From the NCBI RefSeq assembly GCF_009914755.1, contig NC_060945.1: a DNA stretch of 64,000 nt. One strand, 5' to 3'. The DNA is from the human T2T-CHM13v2.0 reference genome, Homo sapiens. Numbering within the stretch: position 1 is the stretch's first letter; the number at the start of each line of letters is the position of its first letter. This document shows, one piece after another, positions 14,444 to 27,890 of this stretch. The position numbers were made by a program, and so were the translations under genes. Below the pieces are notes generated by a model, which had not been told where the DNA came from, made no database searches, and saw only the letters and a program-made list of their open reading frames with translations.

Positions 14444-15306
14444 CTAACTACTTGCAGATCGCAATAATATCATGCTTAGTATTTTTACTTCTCATAATTG
14501 TTTTTAGCAGATAACTCAATTTGAAGGAAGTTTAACTATTAATGTTTTTGTGTAAACTTTTTCTTTTCTTTGTAACAAAATTCTTCCAAACAAGATTTTC
14601 TTTTATCTTTACAAGACATTTTTTACAACTTCAATTTTTTAAAAAATATCCTGGCATAGTGGCTTAGGATGTTGGCAGACAGGAAATACTTCATTCCTGC
14701 TTTAAGCGAGATTGGTAAACACCTTGGCTCTTAATTGCTAAACCATAGATTCATCTTGGGTGATCCATTTTTAATCCATGTTTTTATTCTTCACAGTGAT
14801 CAGCATACTGCTTTACACAAAGCTGGCACTATGAAACATTTGTTGAATGCTGGACTTTACTAAAATGATGAATGAAGGAATTGATTTTCACTATGGCTAT
14901 TGTGGTTCTGCCTTAAGGATTTTTTTCCTTGATTTATAACTTTATGTCTAGAAAATTTTGCCAAAGACATATGATTACATCACATTGAATTATACATTTA
15001 ACAAGATGTTTATCCTATATTAAATTCAATAATATTTTATGAAACAAAACTGAAAATATAATTTAAAAATCTATATTAAGTAGAGCAATATATTTTTATA
15101 TTTGACTTGGGTGTACTCATCCTCTTTCCAATACAGATTTTAGCTGGCTTGCAGAAAAAGATCTACACACTAACAGTATCAGAATAAGTTAGAGGAAAGA
15201 AAGTGGAGAAGAAAGAAGAAGAATTAAGCATGCCAACTGCAGAGGCCAGTCCAGTGTGTATGATTGCACATTAAAACTGGCTGTATGTTTTGGCATTCAA
15301 AGTTAA

Positions 15307-15307
15307 G

Positions 15308-15354
<47 letters not shown>

Positions 15355-15355
15355 A
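15307..15355. repeat. (GC)4(AC)n microsatellite
   Basis: Directly visible. Confidence 0.95.
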
Positions 15356-16411
15356 ATGGGTTACATAACTAATAGAAAAGAAGAAAATGTACTGCTTTCT
15401 CAAGGCACATTATTTTCCTAGTAATAAACTCAGACCAAGTTCTCTTGTGGGTCTTAGGCGGGGAACATTGAGTAATGTAATGGGCAATGTCCTTATGCCC
15501 ATTTCAGAGCAAATGAAGAAATGGGCCTCATGTGGCTCTTTCTTGTAAAGGCCTTCAATAAAAGTCAAAACCATAATATTAAAATATTAGGGAGAAAAAC
15601 AGTTCTGGGAGGAGCCCAGAGAATTTGATGCCAGCATGTGTTCAATTCTGATCCAAGGGTAAACTTAGAATGCCTGGAGGTATGAAATGCTGAGACTGGT
15701 TCTTGGTTTATACTTCCTACTTGTTAGGAGCAGGATTACAGCAAATTGCTCAAGGCAACCCTCAGGTGACAACCTTGGCTGAGGTTTTATGTTTATGATG
15801 AAGACAGATTAGTAAGATTTAGAATCCACATGAATTGGTAAAAGGCCAATCTATAATTAGAAAATTCAGAACACTAACCAGTGTTGTGAGCTGAATTTTC
15901 TCATGCCACAGATGGTGGAATGAGAGGTTGCTATCTAATACGGCTAAGCTCCTCAAATATTTTCATCGAGTTTCTCCTAATGGCAAAGTCAAGTTAAACT
16001 TTTACTATCAGGATTTGGGGTCAATTCCCAAAGATCTGTTCCATAGATTGACAATTTCTTTAAATCTCCACTTGCGATTCCAAAATGTACACATCTCAAT
16101 AAAATATATTTGTTTTAATATAGAGATAGTATTTTTAATAAACTCTAAGAAGATGAACCTTGTTTATTGATTAGCTTTGAATGCTGCTTAGCCCACTTCT
16201 CCCAAAGGTATGTCTAATCTATTTTAAGTAGAACAGTTATAAAACTGCCAGGGGTGATTTTAACCTGAAAAGTTGTCAACATTGTTACCACTACAGCTCT
16301 AAGCAAACCCAATTAATGTTCTCATGGAAAGCTGAATTCTGAGTCGTATGGTTGCCCAGTGTTTCCTAGGAATTATCAGTAAAGTGTCATTTAATTGATG
16401 TGCTATAGAAA

Positions 16412-16782
16412 GGTTAGGTTTTAACTGAGGTCCAAGGGGAGTTGGTGGGTTCGTGGGTAGCTGGAAAAACACTTGAGGAATCACAGACAGTTTCAACATG
16501 GCTTTACTCTTTCTCTGGGCCTGAGTGAGTCTGGGCATGAGCAAGTGTGAGCCTGGGCATGAGCAAGCTGTATGTATGGCATTAGCAGGTTATACCTTTT
16601 ATAGACAATAATGGCTCCGAGTCAAGCACCAGCTCATGTGGGTGATCACCTAATGAGCCTCACATGACATGGTAACCTAATGTGCAGGGTTGTGCGCCTG
16701 TGCTCCAAACTTGCTGAGTCATGTTGGACTGGATGTCTGCCTCAGCCTATTCTTAACCACAGCACATCTATTTTCCTTTACA
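16412..16782 (-). mobile_element. LTR18A-like ERVL solo LTR
   Basis: Minus strand starts tgtaaaggaaaat and contains atgactcagc, attaggtgatcacccac, agtaaagccatgttgaaactgtc and cttggacctcagtt, matching the recalled LTR18A consensus. Confidence 0.85.
16712..16722 (-). promoter_or_regulatory. AP-1 / NF-E2-NRF2 (ARE) motif in LTR18A
   Basis: TGCTGAGTCAT, read as ATGACTCAGCA on the minus strand; motif match only. Confidence 0.45.
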
Positions 16783-16959
16783 CAAAACTTACGTGATGTT
16801 CACAGCTGAATAGCCATCAAGGGAAATAGCTTCACTATTTTCAGGCACAATACTGAATTCCTCTTCCTAATAATAGGTAAAATACTCAGACTTTGGTCTT
16901 TTGAGGTCAAAATAATATAAAACTCGCACCGTGAATTTTGACACTCAAAACTAATAAAA

Positions 16960-17190
16960 CAATAATTAGCATTTACATAGCTTTGGGTAGATGTAGGTTT
17001 TACACATATCAACTGATTAATCCTCACATCCACCTATGAGGTGGTTACTATCTTTATACTCATTTTATAAAGGGGTAGAATTTGAGGCACAGAGAACATA
17101 AGTAACTTGCCCTTGGCACAGGCTAGAAAGTGAATGAGCGGGAATTTGAACCAGGCAGGTTGACTCCAGAATCTTTAACAACAGTGCTAA
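16960..17190 (-). mobile_element. MIR
   Basis: ttgaggcacagagaacataagtaacttgccc...gggaatttgaaccaggcaggttgactccaga. Confidence 0.85.
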
Positions 17191-20100
17191 GCTTACTTGA
17201 GATTGTTCTCTTCAGAATCTTATGGTTCTGTATACTTGAGTTACTTCAAGTCTACATGTGGCCTAGATCTATCACTGGAAATGGATCCAGGCCAAAGAAG
17301 TCCCAGGTGTAGGCTATAGAGACGCAGCACCCTCATGCTCCCTCAGCATTCTGCTTTGCTCTCTATTTCATTGTCTTTCTCTGCTTATTTGCAGTTCCCA
17401 TGACAACTTTACCTCAGACATTTCCCATTATGCCCTCTGATTCATCTCCTGTGTGTCCATTACACCCTTTGTGCTTTAACTCCCACTTTAACGGACTCAA
17501 TCCATCACTGATTCTTAGTGCATATTCTGAGAAGAAATCTCTTGGTCCATCTTCTTTTTGTTTAACCTCAGGCCATACCATAACTTTCTAGCCAGCTTTG
17601 CGTTTGGTGCCCTGATCTGGTCTGATCAGCAGTGGCTGTGAGAACTAGTATCTAGTATGTGGAAAATAGGAGGTGGGTGAGGTGTTTTCCCTCAGAAAAG
17701 AATGTACATGTGTGAAAGGCTGTCTCAGACTTGGCCGTCTCAGACTTGGCCTGTCCAGTGCAGAGTTCAAGATGATGTTCTATTGTTCTTTTGCACTTCC
17801 TTGAAGAAATTTGCTTGTTCAATTACCATTTGTCTTTCCTTCATCAACTATATCTTGGCAAGCCGCTATTAATTTATTTGTATTATAAAGATTGATTAAA
17901 TGGTTTCCATTGGGCATCCATGGCTTGTCCAGGACCCCAATGTTCGTAATCAGTATAAAAATGACCTCTGGATTGCAGTAAATGAACACTTCAATGTATT
18001 TTTAAATGTTTGGAATGCTAGCATTAGTCTGTGTGAGTTTTCATGATGGCACAGTTCCTGCATACTCAGTGTCTCCAATTTACAAAAAACAAAACAAAAC
18101 AAAAACACAAACAAAACAAAACAAAAAACCTCAAACTCCCTTTCTTTGTTGTGCAAACTTTCCCCACTTCCCAGAAAGCTACAGTTTTGCATTCTTCCTC
18201 TCTGGTTACATTCTGAGTTCACAAGGAGCATCCCTATACTATTATTGTAGACTGTCTTTTATTTATGTTCTGTGTCACCCCATCACCCCATCACCAGCAC
18301 ATGGCTTCTCTGCCCACCTCCACTATTATTGTTCATTTCAAATGCCTGATGTCCTCTTAGAGTTTTGCTATCTGTTTCCTGTCCACTTTGGTATGTGCTA
18401 ATTTGGTATAGAAATTACTTTATATTTGTAGATGGAGAAATTAGTTATAAGGATGAGATGAGTGATTTTGTGTAATATCTATCAGAAAAATCTTCTTTGC
18501 TTTGGAAGCAATGTATTTTTTACAGTTACTTTGCTTTCATTTTTGATGAAATTTTTGTTATAAACAATGAAAAAACAAGACTAAAGGTGCATGCTTAAAT
18601 CTGAAACTGTTTTTCAGAGGATAATGTTCAATTCTACTTTTTATAAAATCAAAACCTCATGATAAGAGGATTATCTTTTATTTAAAAAATTCTTTTTGAC
18701 TACTTAATTGAGAGGCAAATGCTGCTTCTTTTCTAAACTGATGGCAGATTTTCAGCAAGAGAAGTGTTTATCTAGCTAATATATAGAGAGTAAAATAATG
18801 TGTGGAAATATTGTATTTTTTTAGAAAAAGCTACTCATTTTCCTTGCAAAATTTCTTCAAGAGTGATCTTTGTCTTGTCATTTTAGACAACTTTTGATAA
18901 TGTTAATAATTTTAAGTTATGCAATTTTGAATAAATAGCAAACTGTAAAAACAATAACTATAATGATACATTGGGGGTATTTTCTTTATTAATCACCTTA
19001 TATTGCTGTCTTGCTGGAACATTTATAAACCATTTTTATATTCTCAAGATTTCAACAGCCTTAGTATTTTGTAAAGCATCACAGTTGTGCCTTTACATAT
19101 ATATAAAACTAGTTCCTTATATGACTACATATAATTATACAGCTACATATAATTTTTTATAACTAATTATGTTATAACTAATATCCACATCTTCCCTTTA
19201 TTTGGTGCTAAAAGTTTTTTTGTTGTTTTATTTGCATGTTTTTAGTTTAGTATTTATGAGCTTATGTAACTTATCCACTATTTGCTAAAATTTTGCAACT
19301 TTGAAGGCCTGACTGATACTTTATGTAGGCATGGAAATATCTCATATTTAAAATCAAAACCATATTGGAAATTCTGGCATGTATAATAATTTTAACAGTG
19401 TATTAAAAATTAAGAGTTAAAAAATACATTTATTACCTTTGAAGTGAGATGCTATAAGTGAAACCACACACATCACAGCATTAGTTTATCCTAGGGTGAC
19501 CTTATTTTAATTATTTTCGGAATATGAATTAAGTCATTATAGGTAATCTTTTAAAGAGTGAGGCTAGGAAAGATGGAAAACACTTTTATTGTCTTAGAGT
19601 AAAGGGCTGTGGTCATTTGGAAACACATCATTAAAGACTTAATCCCAGCACATATGGGAAAGGCAATTCCACAGACCTTTCCAGAAGAAATACAGAAGAC
19701 ATAAGGTTAGGAATGAGGAGAGAAAGAGGTTTAAAGCAAGGAACATCTGGGATTGCTAAGAACAATCAGAAGCCATAACATAAAGAAGACAAAAGGTGAA
19801 TGCGCTTCCCTCCTCCTCATAGCCAACTGGCTCAACAGACTTTAAATATTGAGCACACATTGTTTCAAAGGCTGCTTTTTTCTCTCTCTGACCTCAGCCA
19901 CTAGGAAGCTACAGTTTAACCTTTTTGGGAAATCCCTAATACTTCAGGGGTGGGATATATTTGAGAAATGTACAACGTAGGAGTCTTAACCTTTTACTTA
20001 CTGGAATCTCAATATCTCAATGCCCAAGACAACTTATAGTTCACTAGAATTACACATATACTATCATACTATTTTTTTATTTAACTACAAAAATTTAGTG

Positions 20101-20325
20101 ATTTCGCATTAAACAAAAGCATTAGTCACTTTGAACTACTGAATTAATGGTAAAAACAAACGCATACCTAAATGTTTTTCAATATTAAGAGTGAAAACTT
20201 TTTTTTTTTAACCTATAAAGAGAAAATACTTGTTTTCTTTGAGGGAAAAACCCCCATTCTTATTTTAACAAAAAGTCATGGGAACTAAACATATGAGAAT
20301 AGCTTTTAAAATAATTCATAGGCTT

Positions 20326-20836
20326 ATTTTTAATACGGTTTTAGATTTTCAAAATAATTGAGCAGATAGTACATAGGATTCCATATACTCTTCCCATCCA
20401 CAAGAGTTTCCCCTATTATTAACATCTTGCATTAGTCTAGTACATTTGTTACAATTAATAAATGAATAGTGATACATTATTAACTGTAGTTCACAGTTTA
20501 TATAAAGGTTCACACTTTTTATTGTACAGTTCTACGATTTTAATAAATGTATAATGATATGTATTAACCATTATCATTTTATATTGAATAATTTCACCAC
20601 CTTAAAAATCCTCTGTGATCCACCTGTTCATCCCTTCCTTCCCTCCCTCCCCTTGAGCCCCTAACAACCACTAATCTTTCACTGTCTCTACAGTTTTGCC
20701 TTTTCCAGAATGTCATATCCTTGGAATCATATAGTACGTGGCCTTTTCGACTGGCTTCTTTCACTTAATGCCATGCATGTAACAGTACCCTATACCTTTT
20801 TGTGACTTAATTGTTCATTTGTTTTTGTCACTGGAT
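20326..20836 (-). mobile_element. L1MC-type 3' end
   Basis: gtttcccctattattaacatcttgcattagt, gttttgccttttccagaatgtcatat. Confidence 0.85.
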
Positions 20837-20915
20837 GATTTTTTAAATAGAGAAAATTTTCATAACCTAATATAGCATTGAAAAATAAGGATATTTAAAA
20901 GCATATCTTTAAACA

Positions 20916-21100
20916 GAATAACAGACATCGGAGACTACAAAAGGTAGGAGGGTGGGAAAGAAGTGAAGTTTGAAAAATTACTTATTGGGTACAGTGTTCA
21001 CTTCTTGGGTGAGGGATGCACTAAAAGCTCACACTTCACCACTATGCAATATACACATGTAAGAAATCTGCACTTTAGCCCCTAAATATATTTCCAAAAA
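20916..21100 (+). mobile_element. L1PB-type 3' end fragment
   Basis: gaaaaattacttattgggtacagtgttcac...cttcaccactatgcaatatacacatgtaagaaatctgcac. Confidence 0.85.
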
Positions 21101-23103
21101 AGTGTAAAAAAGTTGCTTATTTCAGATGGACAAATAGTTTTTGAAGATCACGAGGCTCAGCAAAATTCATTTTAGTCTACAAAATGTACTAGACTCATTT
21201 ACATTTTCGCAGTACCCCTAACACCCCTCTAAGTCATACTCAATTCTTTTCATTACCCATCTGTAATATTTGGTCCATCTGCTAGTAGTATTCAATAGAC
21301 TAGTGTACTACCATTAACCCGAGTTGACCGAAAATCAATATGCCATGTATCCCAAAGGTCATATGAGTAGATCCTCCTCTTTCCTGTCCCTCCAAGTTTC
21401 TCTCTCGTCTTCCCTGCACACCCCTGACCTAAATATGAATGATTTATTTGAGAAAATTTTTTTGGGGGGATAGATAACCCATGAAATTGTGGGATGTTTA
21501 TACTGGCTATTTTCTCAGCATTTCATCTTACCTGAAGTTGATAATTCATTGTTTCTAGAGTTCTCCACAAATACAACTTTCCATTGACATGAAAAACACA
21601 TGAAACCAACCAAAAGGAACTATAAAATGTGAATTTTTACTTTGGAAGTGATGTCTCCTGTTTATATCCTTTCCAGTATGTACTCAGACATGGTTACTCA
21701 AATGAGCATTGTTTTTTAAGATAAATGTACTTACAAAAAATGACTCTGACCTATAATAAAAATGTTTAAAAAATAATCTGTTTTCCATGTGCTTAGGATC
21801 GAAGCCACCTACAGTAATAGCTTTTGTTTTCATTAACAGGGGCGAGTTAGTTTTGCAAGTATTTCTTGAGCATGTGTTAGAGAACTCATTGGAATGACCT
21901 AAGCAAGACTGCCTTATAACTATAAAAAACTGAAATATATTTAGTATAGTAGAAAATAATTGAATAGCATAACTAAAAGGTCATCTTTCTTCTATATAAT
22001 TTGCTTGAACAGAAAGACATCTTGTAAAATGGCTTACATCCAGTATTTTTGGTCTGCTTCCTTTTTCTAGGAACCATATTGATTGCAGTTTTAGAAATAA
22101 AGCTATTTAAACAAAATCAATTAAAATGATATTAGGAAGGTCATACACATATTTATAAATATCAAATGATCTGTTAATTAAAAATCACAAGACATTAGTA
22201 GCATTGAAGCTGAAATTTCCATGGCAATAGTAAAAACATTTAACAGTACACATTTCATTTACTTTGCAAAAGAGATGGATCCAGTGAAATAGACTGATGA
22301 CCTAATATGAGGTGAATTTAAGTCATATGTTTGAGCCAACAAATCCAGAAGAGGTGTCAGTAAGATTGGCAGGGAAAATACAGACTTGAAATCACAGAAT
22401 AATAGATATTACTGAGGAAAAATACAGGTAACACTAAATAATCTACTTCTATGCACTTTTTATAAGTTTGCAAATTTCCACCATGCTGCATAAGCAAGCA
22501 TCTATTACTTTTACAAATATAAAATTGCTTCCATAGTATCACATTTTTACCATTTCTTTGGGTTGATTGCTAGGAATGTGGCATTGTCTTTCTCATCTTT
22601 GCCATTATTTTAGCAAGAAAATTCCCCTGGGCACCCCAAGGCATTTTAAAGTCTTTCTCACCCCCTTCCCTTTGTAATTCTTTCATATGCATTATAAGAA
22701 GTAAAATAATAGTTTTTGTCTGATTTATTCTTTTATGCTCACTTTTGATTATGCTGGACCTTAAAATTTTTATCTTTCCACTCCATACAATTGCCAACTC
22801 TGCTTGTATTCGGGTTTCATCTGACTGTAATTCATTGACAGCCATGTATACACATAATTCAATGTATGCGTGTCTATAACACATTTTCTGAATATTGTTT
22901 GTTATAATAGTAATAATAATGAATATCAACAAATTGCTGATGTTTTTGTTGTGGAAAAATTATAAATGCGAAGATACATAAGTTGTTTGGTACCATAGGC
23001 CCTTAGGAGTCATATGAGTTATTAATGGAGATGATATGACAATAAATAAAATTATAACAAACAACATGAGGCTATGAGTAATCAGTGCTTAGAAAGTGGT
23101 GCA

Positions 23104-23388
23104 GACCCGGGTGCAGTGGTTCACGCCTGTATTCCCAGCACTTTGGGAGGCCAAGGTGGGTGGATCACCTGGATTCAGGAGTTCGAGACCAGCCTGGCCA
23201 ACATGGTGAAAACCTGTCTCTACTAAAAATAACAAAAATTTTCCGGGCGTGATGGCACATGCCTGTAGTCCCAGCTGTTTGGGAGGTTGAGGCAGGAGAA
23301 TTGCTTTAACTTGGGAGGTGGAGATTGCACTGAGCTGAGATCACGCCACTGCACTCCAGACTGGGCAACAGAGTGAGACTTCGTCTCC
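23104..23388 (+). mobile_element. AluSx-like
   Basis: Full Alu dimer; degenerate TSD ending ggtgcag on both sides. Confidence 0.93.
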
Positions 23389-23500
23389 AAAAAAGAAAGA
23401 GAGAAAGAAAGAAAGAAAGAGAGAGAGAGAAAGAAAGAAAGAAAGAGAGAGAGAGAAAGAAAGAAAGAAAGAAGGAAGGAAGGAAGGAAGGAAGGAAGGA

Positions 23501-23560
<60 letters not shown>

Positions 23561-23612
23561 GAAAAGCAAAGCAAAGCAAAGAAAAGAAAAGAAAAGAAAA
23601 GAAAAGAGAAGA
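23389..23612. repeat. Compound (GAAA)n/(GA)n/(GGAA)n/(GAAAA)n purine repeat derived from the Alu tail
   Basis: ~220 bp of almost pure purine on the + strand. Confidence 0.97.
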
Positions 23613-23649
23613 GGTGCAGGCCACAAAATTTGAGGAAGGCAGAGAAGGG

Positions 23650-24490
23650 GGTGGTCATTTTGTACTGGATGATCAGAATAAGTCCTGACAAAGGAGATGG
23701 GGTTTGTCTAGGCCCTGAAAAATAGGGAGAGATGAGATTTAAATATCAGGAAAGAATGAAGAAAGGGAGTTCCCAGCAATGAGAGCAGGATGAACTAAGG
23801 TAGAGAGAGGGTTTGAAAGTTCAAAATGTATTGGAAACTCTGAGGAGACAGAAGTAGAGAGTCCCTAAAACAGCAAGGAAAGGTAAGTTTGCAAGGACAG
23901 GATGAGACCAGATTTTGGCAGGTTCTGTATTTCAGGCTGAATAGTCCTAGTTATGAGCGCAAGATGATCATTTTGTGGGTTTTTAGCAGGCTAATGGTTG
24001 TTCTTTGGACAGATGAATCTGGCAGCAGTATGCTGGCTGCTTTTCCAGGGAAAGAATGAAGGCAGAGAGGCAACTTAGTGGAGCTAGGGAAGTTGGGGAG
24101 AAAATTGTTTGGATAGGAGATGAGACAGTGATGTCTAAAAATGATACATTTTAGTAACGTTGAATACCAAAGCAGTCGGTTGAAGGAGAAATATCCATTT
24201 GAAAATTGTTTGAGGGAGAATTTAGATGTAGAGATTATTCTAACAGTAAAGTTTGACTAAATTTCTAATGCTTTCTTAGAAGGCTTAAAATTAAGCCATT
24301 GAAGGTAATGGCCATTCAGATAACAGCTCTGAGAGGATAAAGTATGAGGGACACAAAGTGGAGAGACCACTGAAGATTGAATGTTGGAGAACGCTATCTC
24401 CTTTTGGGGAAGAGGAATCATAGAAGGAAATTAAGAAGCTGTTAGAGAAGCAGGACAACCCGAAGAGTGTAGCCTTGTTGAAGTCAAGAG
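23650..24490 (-). mobile_element. L2 remnant
   Basis: Purine-rich L2 antisense motifs (gatgaatctggcagcagtatg, gagaagcaggacaacccgaagagtgtag...gaagtcaagagagag). Confidence 0.6.
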
Positions 24491-25354
24491 AGAGTGAAGT
24501 TGATCAACCCAGTTGATACAAATGTCCACCTCTCAGTGACCAAGGTAGCACATTTGTTTAGTCATGATTTTCCACGACATATTTCACACATCACTAGGAA
24601 ATGCTTCCTGTAACTGAATATTCTCCTTCTCTGCCAACAAGTATCAACATACTCCGTGAACTGTTGCAGAGTGATTTATAATGTGAATAAGACCTCGGAA
24701 ACTTGTCAAGACATTCAAAACCATATCCACAATGGCATGAAAAACTCTAGAGCCACGTTTTCTTCTCTTTCCTTTGTGGTTAATTCCAGAAATTAGCTAT
24801 TAGTCACAGAGAACACAATAAAACATGATCAGATCTTCTTAATCCCTAAATCCAAAATGACTAAAAATTTGCTGAGGCAACTTTCTTTTGGTCTGTGCCC
24901 AGGTGTAGAAGTTGCTCTTGCTAAGAGGGTAAGAAATCCATTCAGCACACACAAAGAGATTGCTTTTGGCACACTAGATTGGTGCACTTGTGCACACTAG
25001 CACAGAGGGAAAAGGTAGGAAAAGAAAGTAGATTTGGATTCTGCTGCATGGGAAACTACCATATGATTACTGGGTTCGAGCCCATTCATTGGGCCCAAAT
25101 TAGCAACCACTTGTAATCAACCATCAGCCTTTAGAGTGTAATGTACAATACTAGCCATGGGGCAATTGCTTCTTGGAATAATGTATTCATCTCTTGAGTT
25201 AAAGGTAAGAAGGAAAAAATTGCTGAGGTTAAATTATTGCCACCTTGCCTTGGTGACTTAGAATACTAGATGAGGGTTGTTACTGGGCATCCCTCCTGCT
25301 AACATTGCTGAATCCAGATGAGAACTTGGGAGACTTGTTACATAATTGAAGCTG

Positions 25355-25500
25355 GCAGTGCAGTGATGCTGGGAGGATCTTGGGCCTGGTCCAGTCCTCC
25401 TTCTGCCTCTGGCTTAGCTGTGCGATCCTGAGCAAGTCACTGAACCTATTTTGTCTTTGGCTTTCTTCGAAAACGAAGAGATAATATCCCCTTTGTCTAT
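25355..25500 (+). mobile_element. MIR fragment
   Basis: tagctgtgcgatcctgagcaagtcactgaacct. Confidence 0.7.
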
Positions 25501-26488
25501 TCTAAAATAAAACATAGGAAAGTTCTTTTAAAAAGTAGAAAGAACTGTGGGGATGGACAGTTTTAAAAAGAGTTCCTGAATTTAGGAAATACATATTACT
25601 TTCTTCTAGGTTTATTTCAGATTGGTAATTAAGAATATTTTAAAAAATTTTTGTAAGACCTCTTCAAGCAGAAATTTGCCATTTCTGGAAAATGAAAGTG
25701 CTTCCAAACTTGGAATCACATTTTTAGACACTGCAAGCTGGTTTTGCACCAAATTCCCTTAGCTTTCTACAGGGCCTTTCATACTCTTCATTTTTTTGTT
25801 GTCTTTTCTCCTTCTTTTTGCATTTTTTCCTCTCTCTTTATCTGCTGTAGAATAGTTTCTATTTTCAAACGGAAGAGCTTCTTTGTTTTTGTCAAATGAT
25901 ATAAAAAATAATCTTTGGGATAAATTCTGAAAAGAGAGGTCACTGTAATTTTATGAAAGGCAGGTCCAACAGAGACCAGTTGGGGTCCAGTGAATATCAT
26001 ACTGGAATTGCCTGAGATTTAGTTTGGGGTCTGAGAATAGGTAGAAGAGGAATAGCAATATCCAATGAGAAAGGATTTTTTTCATTAGGTGATAGTTACT
26101 CATAATGCTGCTAAGAGATGCTGGAAATGTTAGCTTGGAATTTAGTAAATAAAAGATATTATGAAAACTTCAAAAAATGTGTATAAACCTGCTAACTACA
26201 GAAGGCTCATCAGAACAGAAATTTGAGAACTTTGAAAAAAAGTATAGTTATTCCTAAGTAGTAGGAGCTACATTCATGCAGAAAAATATTGGTCAGAGAG
26301 AATTAAAATTCTGTAATGTATTGAATACTAAGCAAAAGCGAACTTGAGTATAAAATGATCCCCCATTTTCCCAAGAGAGGATTCTAAAAGGAGATTTTTT
26401 TATGTGTGTTTGTTTTGTTTTGTTGGCTAACTTGAATATACATAATTTTAGAGATGTGGCTTAAAGATCTTTTTATGAAATTTAATTA

Positions 26489-26841
26489 CAGGCAGTCTGA
26501 CTTATGATGATTCCACCTATGACATTCTGACTTCATGATGATGTGAAAGCTATAGGCATTCAAAAGAAATTTTACTTCAAATTTTGAAATTTCATCCGCC
26601 TCTACCTTGGCAAAGTACTGTGTACAAGAGAGATTCAACTGTTTATAATAAAATAGGCTTTGTGTCAGATGATTTCGCCCAATTGTAGGCTAATATAAGT
26701 GTTCTGAGCACATTTAATATAGGTTAGGCAAAGCTATGATGTTGAGTGGGTTAGGTGTGTTAAATTCATTTTTGACTTAATACTTTCAACTTACAATGGG
26801 TTTATCAGGATATAGCTCCATCATAGGGCAAGGAACATCTG
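26489..26841 (-). mobile_element. MER47 (TcMar-Tigger MITE)
   Basis: aaaataggctttgtgtcagatgatttcgcccaattgtaggctaatataagtgttctgagcac; TA 5' flank. Confidence 0.85.
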
Positions 26842-27526
26842 TTTTGGCTGCACACAATTTAAAAATCACATATTATTTTAAATGATACATTAATGAACAT
26901 TTGTTGCTATTTTTTTGCTTCCATTCTGGGAAGCAACTATATGAAACCTCATCACTTGCATAAATACTTTATAATGCCTGCATATAATAAAAGGTATTTT
27001 TTTAAGTATCCTTTAGACCTCAGCATCTTTGCTGTAACTGGAAGACTTTTTGAGTCTTCTAAACCAAAGAGCTTATGACCTTACCTTCCATATAAGTTGT
27101 TGGAGATACAGCTTTTTTACAATTTGCTGGAAAGGTGATCACTTTGAGTTTCACCCCAAGCCACAAATATTCACTGGGTAGTTATTATTTGGACAACTTA
27201 GTCATCACTACTTTACTTTTTAAAGTGATACATAAAAGGTATGTTTATATCCAAAACTTGTGATTATCATGGCATATTCCAGGAATAATTATTAAGTATA
27301 AATAAGTTTATTTACTTGCCTCTTTTAAAAAATTTAATCACATAAGTGTTTGAGGTTAATGGATCTTTCCCAAATATAAATTTATTGTTAAAATTCTAGG
27401 GTACTACTTAACATCAAAATTCTTTCAGATGACTTTCTTATTTCTAAGCCATAATTTAAAAAAATTAATCTTATATTTAAACATATATGGTATTTGTGTT
27501 TTCTTAATTTTTGGGCCTATGGAAAG

Positions 27527-27890
27527 TGATATGGTTTGGCTCTGTGTCCTCATCCAAATCTCATCTCGAGTTGTAATCCCCACGTATTAAGGGAAGAACC
27601 TGGTAAGAGGTGATTGGATCATGAGGGCAGTACCTCCCTGCTGTTCTCACGATAGTGAGGGACTGCTCATGAGATATTATGGTTTTAAAAGTGTCAGTTT
27701 CCCCTCCACGCTCTCTCTCTCCTGCTGCCTTGTAAAGAGGGTGCTTGCTTCTCCTTCACCTTCCACAATGATTGTAACTTTCCTGAGGCCTCCCCAGCCA
27801 TGTGGAACTGTGAGTCAATTAAACCTCTTTTATTTATGAATTACCCAGTCTCAGGTAGTATCTTTATAGCAATGTGAATGGCCTAATACA
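27527..27890 (+). mobile_element. THE1D/MSTA-type solo LTR
   Basis: tgatatggtttggct...ctaataca; 5-bp flanks GAAAG/GATAG. Confidence 0.92.

Noticed and set aside
23223-23691. F/L/S-rich and K/E/R-rich ORFs
   Set aside because: Translations of the GAAA microsatellite and the Alu
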